Origin: Lachnospiraceae bacterium
GTDB lineage: Bacteria; Bacillota; Clostridia; Lachnospirales; Lachnospiraceae
Direction: 5' to 3'
DNA: 49,170 bases
NCBI GenBank assembly: GCA_045541595.1
Contig: JAZQJL010000265.1
Coordinates: 1 to 49,170 of the forward strand
Shown piece after piece: positions 26,557 to 37,462 of the stretch (position 1 is the first letter of the stretch; each line of letters starts with the position of its first letter). The position numbers and the translations under genes are program-made. The notes beneath the pieces are model-generated. The model was not told the DNA's origin. It did not search any database and was given only the letters and a program-made list of their open reading frames with translations.

Positions 26557-28095
26557 TTATGCTCTGATATCAAAGGTATACCGGTTTAATCCTCCCGGTG
26601 CGTGTTCCTCTAAAAACTGTTCCAGTAAGGTCGGAGCAGCTTCCTCCGACGGTTCCCGGACTGTAACCTCAGACTGCAGGGTATAGCCCTTTTGGGCTAA
26701 GGCTTCGGTGAGCTTTGGAAGTTCTGTGCGGACCAGGTCACCGGATTCTTTGTCTGTCATGGAGAAACGGGTAGTGACGTGGTTTCCTGACAGGGTAACG
26801 TAAATATCCGTGGTTCCCAGTGCCTCTAATTCCAGATGGAGCAGGGCACTTAAACTGTCGGAGGGCCGGGACCCCTTTTTTCTTTCGTATACGTACAGTT
26901 CGCCGTGAGCCGGTGTTTCCCGGAACTTTAACGGCAGCTGCACATACGGAAATACATTATTGACTGCTTCCATGAAAGAAAGGTTTTGACGCATTTGCTT
27001 TGGCGCATTGGCGCCGTTATGCTCTGATGTCTGTTCGGCCACCTTTTGGGCGAATTGTTCTAATTTGGTCAGTTTTTCATTCAATTCATCGTAGTATTTT
27101 TGCACTTTTTCCGGCTCGGCAATATCCTCCGGCTTTAGCAGGAAGGAATTTAAGAAATCCTCCGGGAGAGGCTCGGATTCTCTTTGGATGGTATGCTCTG
27201 CAGGAGGAAGAGAAGTATCCCTGGTGTCGGAGGCTTCCGGCGTGTTTGCAGGAGAAGCTGTTACGGCATCAACTGTCTGCTGCATGGTTTCTGCTTCCGG
27301 TTTGGCAACTGTCTGTTCCGGCAGCGTGGCAGCCGGGGCAGTATTTGGTGTATCCCCCGGGTTTGATGCAGGTGTCTGAGCTTTGGAATATGCGGTAGTT
27401 TCCCCAAGGACCAGTTGCTTTAATTCCTGCAGGACTTCCTGCCTGAAGGGACCTTCCGGCAACTGTTTTATGGTTTCTGTAAGGTTTTGCAGCATGTTCT
27501 GCGCCTGGGTCAGTAATTTGGCAGTTCTGTCCTGATAACCGGCAAACTGTTCCACGTTTTCCTTGGTGACCGGGATGTGGTGCAGCTCCATTAAAATTAA
27601 ATCCTTTACCGGAAGTTCCGGGTGTTTGGCGGATAAGGAGAGATAGTGCCGGATATTGGACTCGCTTACCGGCTGCTGATGGGCTAAAAGCTCCGTGACG
27701 ATGGATACGCTCCGCTCGGTTTTTGTGATGTTGGCAGCAGTTAAGGCCTTGTCAATCATTGGGTTTTCGGCAGGAGTGTCTTCCTTGGCAAGCTTTAACA
27801 GAATCTGGTCTTCCGTGGTTTGGGCAACGAAGAATTTGGCATTCTGACCGATGGAAAGGTCCAAAGTTCCTTCGGTACGGGCAGAAACAGTTGCGCCGTT
27901 TTCTAACAGTACCATAATCTGATTGGCGCGCAAATCAAGCACTTCCCCCCGGAGAAGCTGGCCCTGGGTAACAGTGGTCTGGTTCATCATTGTAGCTGCT
28001 TTGGCCGGAGTAAGGTTTTTTGGAAGAATGCTATTCGGTTTTTCCTGCTTTGGCGGTTTGTAGAGATTCGCCATCATGTGGTCAATGAGTCCCAT
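26557..28095 (-). CDS. hypothetical protein with a disordered P/T/A-rich centre and a possible FliK-C (Flg_hook)-like C-terminal domain
   Basis: 512 aa, RBS AGGAGAA. The C-terminus LLHLELEALGTTDIYVTLSGNHVTTRFSMTDKESGDLVRTELPKLTEALAQKGYTL resembles hook-length-control C-terminal domains. The domain call is from memory only. Confidence 0.5.
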   Translation of the reverse strand: MGLIDHMMANLYKPPKQEKPNSILPKNLTPAKAATMMNQTTVTQGQLLRGEVLDLRANQIMVLLENGATVSARTEGTLDLSIGQNAKFFVAQTTEDQILLKLAKEDTPAENPMIDKALTAANITKTERSVSIVTELLAHQQPVSESNIRHYLSLSAKHPELPVKDLILMELHHIPVTKENVEQFAGYQDRTAKLLTQAQNMLQNLTETIKQLPEGPFRQEVLQELKQLVLGETTAYSKAQTPASNPGDTPNTAPAATLPEQTVAKPEAETMQQTVDAVTASPANTPEASDTRDTSLPPAEHTIQRESEPLPEDFLNSFLLKPEDIAEPEKVQKYYDELNEKLTKLEQFAQKVAEQTSEHNGANAPKQMRQNLSFMEAVNNVFPYVQLPLKFRETPAHGELYVYERKKGSRPSDSLSALLHLELEALGTTDIYVTLSGNHVTTRFSMTDKESGDLVRTELPKLTEALAQKGYTLQSEVTVREPSEEAAPTLLEQFLEEHAPGGLNRYTFDIRA

Positions 28096-28115
28096 GGTAT
28101 TCTCCTGTTTTTATA

Positions 28116-28592
28116 CTAATTTCTGGAACACTTTTCTGCGTCAATAGCCAACACCAGCATCAGGGCGTAGAGAGCGTCCTGCGGGTTGACCACGTCGATG
28201 GAGTAGGTGTCGGTCCAGTTGAATAATTCTTTGGTTACGGTAGCTACGGTAGAGCCGTAGGAGTTTACAATTTGATAGTCCCACTCGAAGAAGTCCCCTT
28301 CAATATGCCAACCGTTAAAATCGATATCAAAGGCAGGCTTGAAGAAGGTGAATTCTTTTTGAATACAGCCTAAGTATTCCCGCTCGTTTCCAAGGTAGAG
28401 TTCAAATCTCGGAAGAAACGAAAACACTTTTTCCCGCAGGGTTGCCACATGGGTGCCGAAGGCATCATGGATATGTAAGCAATGGCCCCAGGCAAGCTGG
28501 CCCTCCACGGTGTATACGGTATTGCCGCTTTCATCAAAAATATCATAACTGTCTAACCAGGAAAAAAATCGTTGTTTAAATAAAAGTTTCAT
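28116..28592 (-). CDS. LURP-one-related / DUF567 (tubby C-terminal-like, scramblase-like fold) protein
   Basis: The start is at MKLLFKQRFFSWLDSYDIFDESGNTVYTVEG, with GGAAAGGAG upstream. Sequence pattern is typical of bacterial LURP-one-related proteins. It lies 20 nt upstream of the FliK-like gene. Confidence 0.75.
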   Translation of the reverse strand: MKLLFKQRFFSWLDSYDIFDESGNTVYTVEGQLAWGHCLHIHDAFGTHVATLREKVFSFLPRFELYLGNEREYLGCIQKEFTFFKPAFDIDFNGWHIEGDFFEWDYQIVNSYGSTVATVTKELFNWTDTYSIDVVNPQDALYALMLVLAIDAEKCSRN

Positions 28593-28723
28593 AAAGAAAT
28601 CTCCTTTCCCAATATATATCGGTTTCATTTTATCATAAGTTATGGAATTTTAAAAGAAAAGATGATAAAATAAGGACAGAGATTGCATGTTGTGATAAAT
28701 CGGGAAAAGGGAGGTAATAATTC

Positions 28724-29764
28724 ATGAGATATCCGGGCAATTTACAGGAAAACGGAACCATCGGCTTTGTGGCACCGTCCTTTGGCTGTGCCATAGAACC
28801 GTACCGTTCTGCCTTTATAAATGCACAAAAAAAGTTCCGGGAGATGGGATACGGACTTCAGCTGGGACCAAACTGCTATGAGGGCAAAGGAATCGGCATC
28901 AGTAACACGCCAAAGCTTTGCGGAAAAGAATTAACAGAGAGCTATTTGAGCAAAGAAAATCAGGCAATTATATCCTGCGGCGGCGGAGAACTGATGTGTG
29001 AGATTTTAGATTATGTGGATTTTGAAAAAATCAAAGCGGCGGAGCCAAAGTGGTATACCGGTTATTCCGACAATACCAATTTTACTTTTTTGCTGACTAC
29101 CCTTTGTGATGTGGCATCTATTTACGGCCCTTGTGCCGGAACCTATGGAATGGAGCCCTGGCATCCGTCGGTGCAGGACGCGTTTGACCTGATGACCGGA
29201 AAGAAAACTACGGTGGCCGGCTATGACGGCTGGGAAAAGGAATCCCTCAAGGATGCGGAGCATCCGCTGGAACCGTATCATATTACGGAAAAACGGGTGT
29301 TAAAGGTGTACGACCCTGCCACGGGCGAGATTTCTGAAAACGGCAGGGCGGATATTTCCGGCAGACTCATCGGGGGCTGTCTGGATTGTCTGGATATGCT
29401 GGTGGGCACGAAATTTGACAAGGTACAGGAGTTTGCTGAAAAATATAAAGAAGAGGGCATTCTCTGGTTTTTGGAAGCCTGCGATTTAAACGTAATGTCC
29501 ATCCGTCGGGCAATCTGGCAGTTGGAGCACAGTGGCTGGTTTCACTATACGAAGGGCTTTTTAATCGGCCGTCCGTTATGCTTCGGGCAGGAGATGATGG
29601 GGCTTGATCACTACAGTGCCGTTACGGGAATTTTGGGCAAGTACAATGTGCCGATTATCCTGGATGCGGATGTGGGACATTTTGCACCGATGATGCCGTT
29701 AATCTGCGGAAGCCTGGCAAACATTAAGGTAAATAAAAATGATATTACGATTGAGATGAAATAA
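28724..29764 (+). CDS. S66 family peptidase (LD-carboxypeptidase / MccF-like)
   Basis: GFVAPSF N-terminus, nucleophile motif TGYSDNT, and C-terminal DADVGHFAP. Confidence 0.88.
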   Translation: MRYPGNLQENGTIGFVAPSFGCAIEPYRSAFINAQKKFREMGYGLQLGPNCYEGKGIGISNTPKLCGKELTESYLSKENQAIISCGGGELMCEILDYVDFEKIKAAEPKWYTGYSDNTNFTFLLTTLCDVASIYGPCAGTYGMEPWHPSVQDAFDLMTGKKTTVAGYDGWEKESLKDAEHPLEPYHITEKRVLKVYDPATGEISENGRADISGRLIGGCLDCLDMLVGTKFDKVQEFAEKYKEEGILWFLEACDLNVMSIRRAIWQLEHSGWFHYTKGFLIGRPLCFGQEMMGLDHYSAVTGILGKYNVPIILDADVGHFAPMMPLICGSLANIKVNKNDITIEMK

Positions 29765-29776
29765 AAGGAAGTCATC

Positions 29777-30904
29777 ATGAAACAACTGCTGTTACGTAAG
29801 AGAAACTTATTATTACTTCTGATTCCGCTGGGGATTTTCATGACGTGGTGGGCAAAGACAAACAGTACGGTGGCAGAAAAGGTTTTTGCCACCGGCATTT
29901 ATAAAGTATTATCCCAGGGCATGGGCCTGCTTACCGGCTGGATTCCGTTCTCGCTGATGGAACTTATTATCATTGTGGGTCCGGTAACGGTGCTGATACT
30001 GATTATCCGTCAGTTTGTACGGATTGTCCGGACACGGCGTTTTTTGCTGTTCATGACCATGGTGCAAAACCTTCTTTGCCTGATCGCGGTAATTTTCTTT
30101 GGCTATGTACTGCTTTGCGGTGTCAATTATCATCGCTATCCCGTGGCATACCATCTGGACCTTCAGGTAGAAAACTCCTCCGTAGAGGAATTGGAAGGAC
30201 TTTTAATAGAGCTGGCAGACAAAGCCTCTGAGCTTCGGGCAACGCTTACCTCTGAGGATGAGAGGGGTGTGTATGTACTGCCGTATTCGGAGCGTGAACT
30301 GGGAAAAGAAGCAAAGAAAGCCTACCTTGCCCTGGCAGAGGAATATCCGGTGTTCGGCGGCCTGTACCCAAGACCAAAGCACGTGTTTTTCTCTCGTTTA
30401 ATGTCCTATACGGAAATTACCGGAGTGTTTACCCCATGGACCATGGAAGCAAATGTAAACATTGATATTTCCCCGTATTCCATTGGCGCCACCATGTGTC
30501 ATGAACTGGCACATTTGCGGGGCTTTATGCGGGAGGATGAGGCAAATTACATATCCTACCGGGCCTGCATGGCATCGGATTCTGCGGATTTGCAGTACAG
30601 CGGAACGATGCTGGCCCTGATATATACGGGAAATGCTTTGTACCGTCAGGACGCAACAAAATACTCCGAAGTGTATTTTGTACATTACAGCGAGGCGGTT
30701 ATCCGGGATCTCCGGGCCAATAATGAGTACTGGAAGCAGTTTGAAAAGCCGGTGGTAGGAGATACCACGGTGGGTGAGATTGCAGAAAAAGTCAACGACA
30801 CTTATTTAAAAATCAATGACCAGACCGACGGCACAAAAAGCTATGGCCGGGTGGTGGATTTGTTGCTGGCAGAATATAAACAAAAACAGGGTATTGCAAA
30901 ATAA
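29777..30904 (+). CDS. DUF3810 domain membrane-anchored putative zinc metallopeptidase
   Basis: N-terminal TM helices and the motif MCHELAHLRGFMREDEANY. Confidence 0.8.
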   Translation: MKQLLLRKRNLLLLLIPLGIFMTWWAKTNSTVAEKVFATGIYKVLSQGMGLLTGWIPFSLMELIIIVGPVTVLILIIRQFVRIVRTRRFLLFMTMVQNLLCLIAVIFFGYVLLCGVNYHRYPVAYHLDLQVENSSVEELEGLLIELADKASELRATLTSEDERGVYVLPYSERELGKEAKKAYLALAEEYPVFGGLYPRPKHVFFSRLMSYTEITGVFTPWTMEANVNIDISPYSIGATMCHELAHLRGFMREDEANYISYRACMASDSADLQYSGTMLALIYTGNALYRQDATKYSEVYFVHYSEAVIRDLRANNEYWKQFEKPVVGDTTVGEIAEKVNDTYLKINDQTDGTKSYGRVVDLLLAEYKQKQGIAK

Positions 30905-30936
30905 AAGGGGAAAAGAAAGATTCCCCTTTTATTTTT
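30903..30936 (+). terminator. intrinsic terminator
   Basis: aaagggga / loop / tccccttt, followed by tattttt. Confidence 0.75.
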
Positions 30937-31018
30937 ATGAAAATTATGTTATGATATAGGATATGATAGCCTGCGTGTATCTTGCGGGCATAAATCAAAG
31001 CTGAACAAGTAGAAAGGC

Positions 31019-32713
31019 ATGGAAAGAAACATGGCTGAAGAAGTAAAAGATGAAGTAAAAGAAGTAGTATCCAAAAATTTTATTGAAATGATTATTGAAA
31101 AGGATTTGGCAGAGGGCAAACATACCCAGATTGTAACCCGTTTCCCACCGGAACCAAACGGTTACCTTCACATCGGACATGCAAAATCCATTTTATTAAA
31201 CTACGGACTGGCAAAAAAGTACGGCGGAAAATTCAACCTCCGTTTTGACGACACCAACCCAACCAAAGAAAAAACAGAGTTCGTTGAGTCCATCAAGGCA
31301 GATGTTAAGTGGGTTGGCGGCGATTTTGAGGACAGACTGTTCTTCGCATCCGACTACTTTGACCAGATGTACGAGGCTGCCGTTAAGTTAATCAAAAAGG
31401 GCAAGGCTTTCGTCTGCGATTTAACAGCAGAAGAAATCAGAGAATACCGCGGTGACTTTGAGCGTCCGGGTAAGAACAGCCCATACCGCGACAGAACCGT
31501 GGAAGAAAATTTAGCATTATTCGAAGCTATGAAAAACGGTGAATTTGAAGACGGTACTAAGGTACTTCGTGCAAAAATCGACATGGCGTCTCCTAACATC
31601 AACATGAGAGACCCGGTTATTTACCGCGTAGCAAGAATGACCCACCACAACACCGGCGACAAATGGTGCATTTACCCAATGTATGACTTCGCTCATCCGA
31701 TTGAGGATGCCATTGAAGGAGTTACCCATTCCATCTGTACATTGGAATTTGAAGATCACAGACCTCTCTACGACTGGGTAGTAAGGGAATTAGAATATCC
31801 AAACCCACCGCAGCAGATTGAGTTTGCAAAGATGTACTTAACCAACGTTATCACCGGTAAGCGTTACATCAAGCGTCTGGTAGAAGACGGCACCGTTGAC
31901 GGCTGGGACGATCCGCGTCTGGTTTCCATCGCAGCGCTCCGTCGCCGCGGCTTTACACCGGAATCCTTAAAATTATTTATGGAACTTTGCGGTGTGTCCA
32001 AGGCAAACAGCTCGGTGGACTATGCTATGCTGGAGTATTGTATCCGTGAAGACTTAAAGCTTAAGAAGAACCGTGTCATGGCAGTACTTGATCCGGTAAA
32101 GCTTATTATTGATAATTATCCGGAAAATCAGATTGAGTATCTGGATGCTCCGAACAACTTAGAAAATGAAAGCTTAGGCGAAAGAAAGCTCCCGTTCGGC
32201 AGAGAGATTTACATTGACCGTGATGACTTTATGATTGAACCTCCAAAGAAGTATTTCCGCCTGTTCCCGGGCAATGAGGTTCGTCTGATGAACGCTTACT
32301 TTGTAACCTGTACCGGTTACGAAACCGATGAAAACGGCAAGGTAACCGTGGTTCACTGCACCTACGATCCGGAAACAAAGAGCGGTTCCGGTTTTGAAGG
32401 AAGAAAAGTAAAGGGTACTATTCACTGGGTGGCAGCAAAAACTGCAGTTCCTTGTGAGGTTCGCTTATATGAAAACCTTGTAGACGAAGAAAAAGGTGTG
32501 TACAACGAGGATGGAACCGTAAACTTAAATCCAAACTCCAGAACCATCTTAACAAACTGTTATGTAGAGCCAAGTGTGGCAGACGCAAAAGCGTACGACA
32601 GCTTCCAGTTCCTGCGTAACGGCTACTTCTGTGTGGATTGCAAGGATTCCACACCGGAGCATCTGGTATTTAACCGGATTGTTTCCATGAAGAGCTCCTA
32701 CAAACCGCAGTAA
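31019..32713 (+). CDS. glnS: glutamine--tRNA ligase
   Basis: [17 protein letters not shown] (HIGH motif). The length and overall sequence are typical of GlnRS. The start could alternatively be at 31031. Confidence 0.96.
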   Translation: MERNMAEEVKDEVKEVVSKNFIEMIIEKDLAEGKHTQIVTRFPPEPNGYLHIGHAKSILLNYGLAKKYGGKFNLRFDDTNPTKEKTEFVESIKADVKWVGGDFEDRLFFASDYFDQMYEAAVKLIKKGKAFVCDLTAEEIREYRGDFERPGKNSPYRDRTVEENLALFEAMKNGEFEDGTKVLRAKIDMASPNINMRDPVIYRVARMTHHNTGDKWCIYPMYDFAHPIEDAIEGVTHSICTLEFEDHRPLYDWVVRELEYPNPPQQIEFAKMYLTNVITGKRYIKRLVEDGTVDGWDDPRLVSIAALRRRGFTPESLKLFMELCGVSKANSSVDYAMLEYCIREDLKLKKNRVMAVLDPVKLIIDNYPENQIEYLDAPNNLENESLGERKLPFGREIYIDRDDFMIEPPKKYFRLFPGNEVRLMNAYFVTCTGYETDENGKVTVVHCTYDPETKSGSGFEGRKVKGTIHWVAAKTAVPCEVRLYENLVDEEKGVYNEDGTVNLNPNSRTILTNCYVEPSVADAKAYDSFQFLRNGYFCVDCKDSTPEHLVFNRIVSMKSSYKPQ

Positions 32714-32752
32714 TGCGATGTAACATAAGAGAAGTGTTTTCGGAGGTGTAAC

Positions 32753-33604
32753 ATGGCCAATATATTTTCAGGACTGGAGTCTTTGGGACTCGGCAATCTG
32801 TCCGAAATGAAGCTGTTTGAACATAAAGAAAAAGAAAAGGCAGAGGCAAAAAAATCCGCAGAACCGGCAGAAGTAAAAGAGGAAGACTTGCTTTTTGACA
32901 AGCATTTTACCTGCAAGGTGTGCGACAAGGAATTCAAGTCAAAGATGGTGCGTACCGGTAAGGTGAAGCTGATTGGTTCCGACAATGATTTGCGTCCAAA
33001 ATACCAGCACGTGGACTCTTTAAAATACGATGCCATTGTTTGCCCGTATTGCGGCTATGCGGCCCTGAACCGTTTCTTTAACTATATGACGGACACTCAG
33101 GCAAGACTGATTAAAAACAATATTTCCGCCAACTTCAGAGGTCTGAAGGAAGGTGAAGATATCCTCACTTACGATGAGGCAATCACCAGACATAAACTGG
33201 CACTGGTAAACGCAGTTGTAAAACATGCCAAGGCAAGCGAAAAGGCATACACCTGCTTAAAGCTTGGCTGGCTGTGTCGTGGTAAGGCAGAAAGCCTTCC
33301 GGAGGACACACCAAATATAGAAGAAGTTAAAAAAGAACTGACTGCGCAGGAAAAGGATTATATGGCTAATGCCTACGAAGGATTTATGGAGGCTTTTTCC
33401 AAGGAACCGTTTCCAATGTGCGGCATGGATGAGTTAACCATGACTTATCTCACTGCCGACCTGGCAAGACAAATCGGAAAGTATGACGAGGCACTCCGCA
33501 TGATAGCCCGTGTACTTACGGCAAGAGATGCTAATGACCGTATTAAGTCCAAGGCAAGAGACATGAAAGACTTAATTCGTGCAGAAAGTGGCAAGGAAGA
33601 ATAA
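32753..33604 (+). CDS. DUF2225 domain protein (zinc ribbon + helical domain)
   Basis: FTCKVCDKEF...RPKYQHVDSLKYDAIVCPYCGYAA, followed by a helical C-terminal half. Confidence 0.75.
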   Translation: MANIFSGLESLGLGNLSEMKLFEHKEKEKAEAKKSAEPAEVKEEDLLFDKHFTCKVCDKEFKSKMVRTGKVKLIGSDNDLRPKYQHVDSLKYDAIVCPYCGYAALNRFFNYMTDTQARLIKNNISANFRGLKEGEDILTYDEAITRHKLALVNAVVKHAKASEKAYTCLKLGWLCRGKAESLPEDTPNIEEVKKELTAQEKDYMANAYEGFMEAFSKEPFPMCGMDELTMTYLTADLARQIGKYDEALRMIARVLTARDANDRIKSKARDMKDLIRAESGKEE

Positions 33605-33616
33605 TACGACTGGTCA

Positions 33617-33658
33617 GAAGGTGACGTTTGCGAATCGTAGCGTCACCTTCTTTCGGGT
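33617..33658 (+). terminator. intrinsic terminator
   Basis: gaaggtgacg / 14-nt loop / cgtcaccttc, followed by tttcgggtt. Confidence 0.7.
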
Positions 33659-33676
33659 TATAGGAAAGGAGTAAAT

Positions 33677-34414
33677 ATGAAGGAACAGTTATATACCATT
33701 CCGGTAAATGAGGCGTTTGCCTTGGACTGTGAGTGTCCGGTTTGTGCCATGCATCATAAGCTGAAGGAAGATGCGCTGGATTTTACCCTGGGACCAAGCT
33801 ATATGGAAGATGATATCCGTATGGTAACCGACAAGGTGGGCTTTTGTAAGGAACACGTGCAGGAATTATATAATAAACAAAACCGCCTGGGACTTGCTTT
33901 AATGTTAAAAACCCATGCAGACAAAACCATCCGGGACGTGTCCAAACTGGTAAAAAATTATAAGCCGGCAAAGCCGGGACTGTTTAAGAAGGATACGGAA
34001 ACCAATCCGTTGTTAACACATCTGGAAGAAGTGGAACACAGCTGTTTTGTGTGCAACAAAATCAACAATGTGTTTGACCGCTACATTGCAACCATCTTTT
34101 TCTTATATGAAAAGGAATCGGATTTCAGAAATACGGTGGACAACTGCAAGGGCTTCTGCTCCCGGCATTATGCGTTATTGCTAAAAGAAGCACCAAAGCA
34201 GCTTTCGCAGAAATATGTGGAAGATTTTACGAATGCTCTGCATAAATCTTATATAAAGGGGTTGGAGCGCGTACGGGATGATTTGTCCTGGTTTATTGAC
34301 AAGTTTGATTACCGGTATACCAATGAGCCTTGGAAGAATTCAAAAGACTCACTGCAGCGCATGATGATGAAGCAGAACAGTCTGGAATATTTCCCGGAGG
34401 AAGGGAAAAAATAA
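33677..34414 (+). CDS. Cys-rich hypothetical protein (several CxxC / CxxH pairs, putative metal binding)
   Basis: CECPVCAMHH, FCKEH, HSCFVCNK, CKGFCSRH. RBS GGAAAGGAG. I am not confident of the family name. Confidence 0.7.
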   Translation: MKEQLYTIPVNEAFALDCECPVCAMHHKLKEDALDFTLGPSYMEDDIRMVTDKVGFCKEHVQELYNKQNRLGLALMLKTHADKTIRDVSKLVKNYKPAKPGLFKKDTETNPLLTHLEEVEHSCFVCNKINNVFDRYIATIFFLYEKESDFRNTVDNCKGFCSRHYALLLKEAPKQLSQKYVEDFTNALHKSYIKGLERVRDDLSWFIDKFDYRYTNEPWKNSKDSLQRMMMKQNSLEYFPEEGKK

Positions 34415-34450
34415 ATTTTTTATAAAATAGGTCAAAAGTCCTATTTTATA

Positions 34451-34480
34451 TTGCAGAAGTTGTGATAATATAAGTATAAC
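34451..34480 (+). promoter_or_regulatory. putative sigma-A promoter of groESL
   Basis: TTGCAG, 18-nt spacer, TATAAC, immediately upstream of CIRCE. Confidence 0.5.
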
Positions 34481-34484
34481 GAAT

Positions 34485-34511
34485 TTAGCACTCAAACCAA
34501 AGGAGTGCTAA
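34485..34511 (+). promoter_or_regulatory. CIRCE operator (HrcA binding site)
   Basis: TTAGCACTC-N9-GAGTGCTAA is a perfect match to the consensus, 28 nt upstream of groES. Confidence 0.97.
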
Positions 34512-34538
34512 CAAAGGCATAAACAAGGAGGATGTAAA

Positions 34539-34826
34539 ATGAGATTAGTACCATTAGGAGATAAGGTTGTTTTAAAGCAGTTACTGGCAGAAGAAACTAC
34601 AAAGACCGGCAATGTATTACCGGGTCAGGCAAAAGAAAAGCCACAGCAGGCAGAGGTTGTAGCAGTAGGACCGGGCGGTGTGGTAGACGGTAAGGAAGTT
34701 ACCATGCAGGTTAAGGTTGGCGACAAGGTTATTTATTCCAAGTATGCCGGCACAGACGTAAAGCTTGGTGATGATGAGTACATCGTAGTAAAGCAGAACG
34801 ACATCGTTGCAATTGTGGAAGACTAA
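34539..34826 (+). CDS. groES: co-chaperonin GroES
   Basis: 95 aa, starting MRLVPLGDKVVLK. Confidence 0.98.
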   Translation: MRLVPLGDKVVLKQLLAEETTKTGNVLPGQAKEKPQQAEVVAVGPGGVVDGKEVTMQVKVGDKVIYSKYAGTDVKLGDDEYIVVKQNDIVAIVED

Positions 34827-34870
34827 GAAAATCGCGATTAATGCAATTTGAATTTCTAGGAGGATTTTAA

Positions 34871-36493
<1,623 letters not shown>

Positions 36494-36517
36494 TTCAGTT
36501 GAATAAAGATTAGAGCA

Positions 36518-36565
36518 TGAAGGCCCATGAAATCACAGATTCCATGGGCCTTCAGTGATTTCTTT
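36518..36565 (+). terminator. groEL intrinsic terminator
   Basis: tgaaggcccatg / 13-nt loop / catgggccttca, followed by gtgatttcttt. Confidence 0.8.
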
Positions 36566-36959
36566 CCCACCACTTTTCTCTCCCGACTCAGCTGCTTTCC
36601 ACGGGGGCTTGCCGGTGCGGCTTTCTTTTACGAGGACTATGTCTGCTTTTTGGTGTTTTGCAAAAACTCATCGTCGGGTGATATGATGTTTTTGATATAT
36701 GGTTCGTTCAAAACATCCTGCGGATGTACTTTTAAGAAAAAGTCAGGGCCTGTCAGACACACGAGGTGTCCACAGACCCTGAAACTTTTTCTTAAAGGCG
36801 CGTGAGCGCCTTTTGAACAATCCAAATGCCAAAGATGCAAATTCACCCTCCGACTCAAACAGTTTGCCAAAACACCAAACGCATCCATATCGTAACGAAA
36901 ACCACCCCGGAGCCGCCGGGAAAGCACTGAACGTCGGTGCGGGAAAAGTGGTGGTAAAG
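36562..36959. repeat. foldback / long-inverted-repeat element (MITE-like or structured RNA locus)
   Basis: The left arm is about 36562-36684 and the right arm about 36841-36959. The perfect termini are ccaccacttttc (36567-36578) and gaaaagtggtgg (36943-36954). Further matched blocks are tcag(c)tgctttcc and tggtgttttg(g)caaa. The centre contains additional hairpins, including aaaggcgc-gtga-gcgccttt. Confidence 0.7.
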
Positions 36960-36991
36960 GCTGTGCTGTTATAGGCAATAAATAGATTTCT

Positions 36992-37432
36992 TTACTCAAA
37001 CCACTTCACTTTCAAAATAAAATTTTTAGCATTAGAGAATCCTGCTTTGCCATAAAACTTTTCATGCATTTCATCATTGACTGCCTGAAGTTCAATACAA
37101 GCCGCGCCGGCTTCTTTGACCTTTTCTTCCAGTGCTGCAAGAAGCATACTTCCTAACCCTTTATTCTGATATTGGGATGCAATAATAATTTCTTCCAGGG
37201 TATAACCCACGATATCATCGTATTGCTTAAAATATCCCATAACAAAGCCACACACCGCAGCATTATCATCCTTCATGAGTAAGGAGAAGGAATCATCCAT
37301 GGTTACTACTTGCTTGATTCTCTTTTTTGCGGTAGCTTTTGTCCAACAACTGTCTTCGTAATTATTGTAATATTCTATATACAGAGGAAGAACCAAGTCA
37401 ATGTCCTCTATATTCATTTTCTCTATTTGCAT
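36992..37432 (-). CDS. GNAT family N-acetyltransferase
   Basis: 146 aa with the acetyl-CoA motif QYQNKGLGSMLLAALEE. RBS AAAGGAG. Confidence 0.9.
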   Translation of the reverse strand: MQIEKMNIEDIDLVLPLYIEYYNNYEDSCWTKATAKKRIKQVVTMDDSFSLLMKDDNAAVCGFVMGYFKQYDDIVGYTLEEIIIASQYQNKGLGSMLLAALEEKVKEAGAACIELQAVNDEMHEKFYGKAGFSNAKNFILKVKWFE

Positions 37433-37462
37433 AGTCGTTACTCCTTTATAGAAATTAGTTTT

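Noticed and set aside
30905-31018. A possible T-box leader upstream of glnS.
   Set aside because: Only about 115 nt are available and most of that is the upstream gene's terminator. No specifier hairpin or T-box sequence is recognisable.
36527-36999. Two long ORFs inside the groEL-GNAT intergenic region: 92 aa on the plus strand (36527-36805) and 120 aa on the minus strand (36637-36999).
   Set aside because: They lie on opposite strands of the same palindromic foldback element and lack convincing RBSs. The minus-strand one starts inside the GNAT stop region. Mirror-image ORFs are an expected by-product of long inverted repeats.
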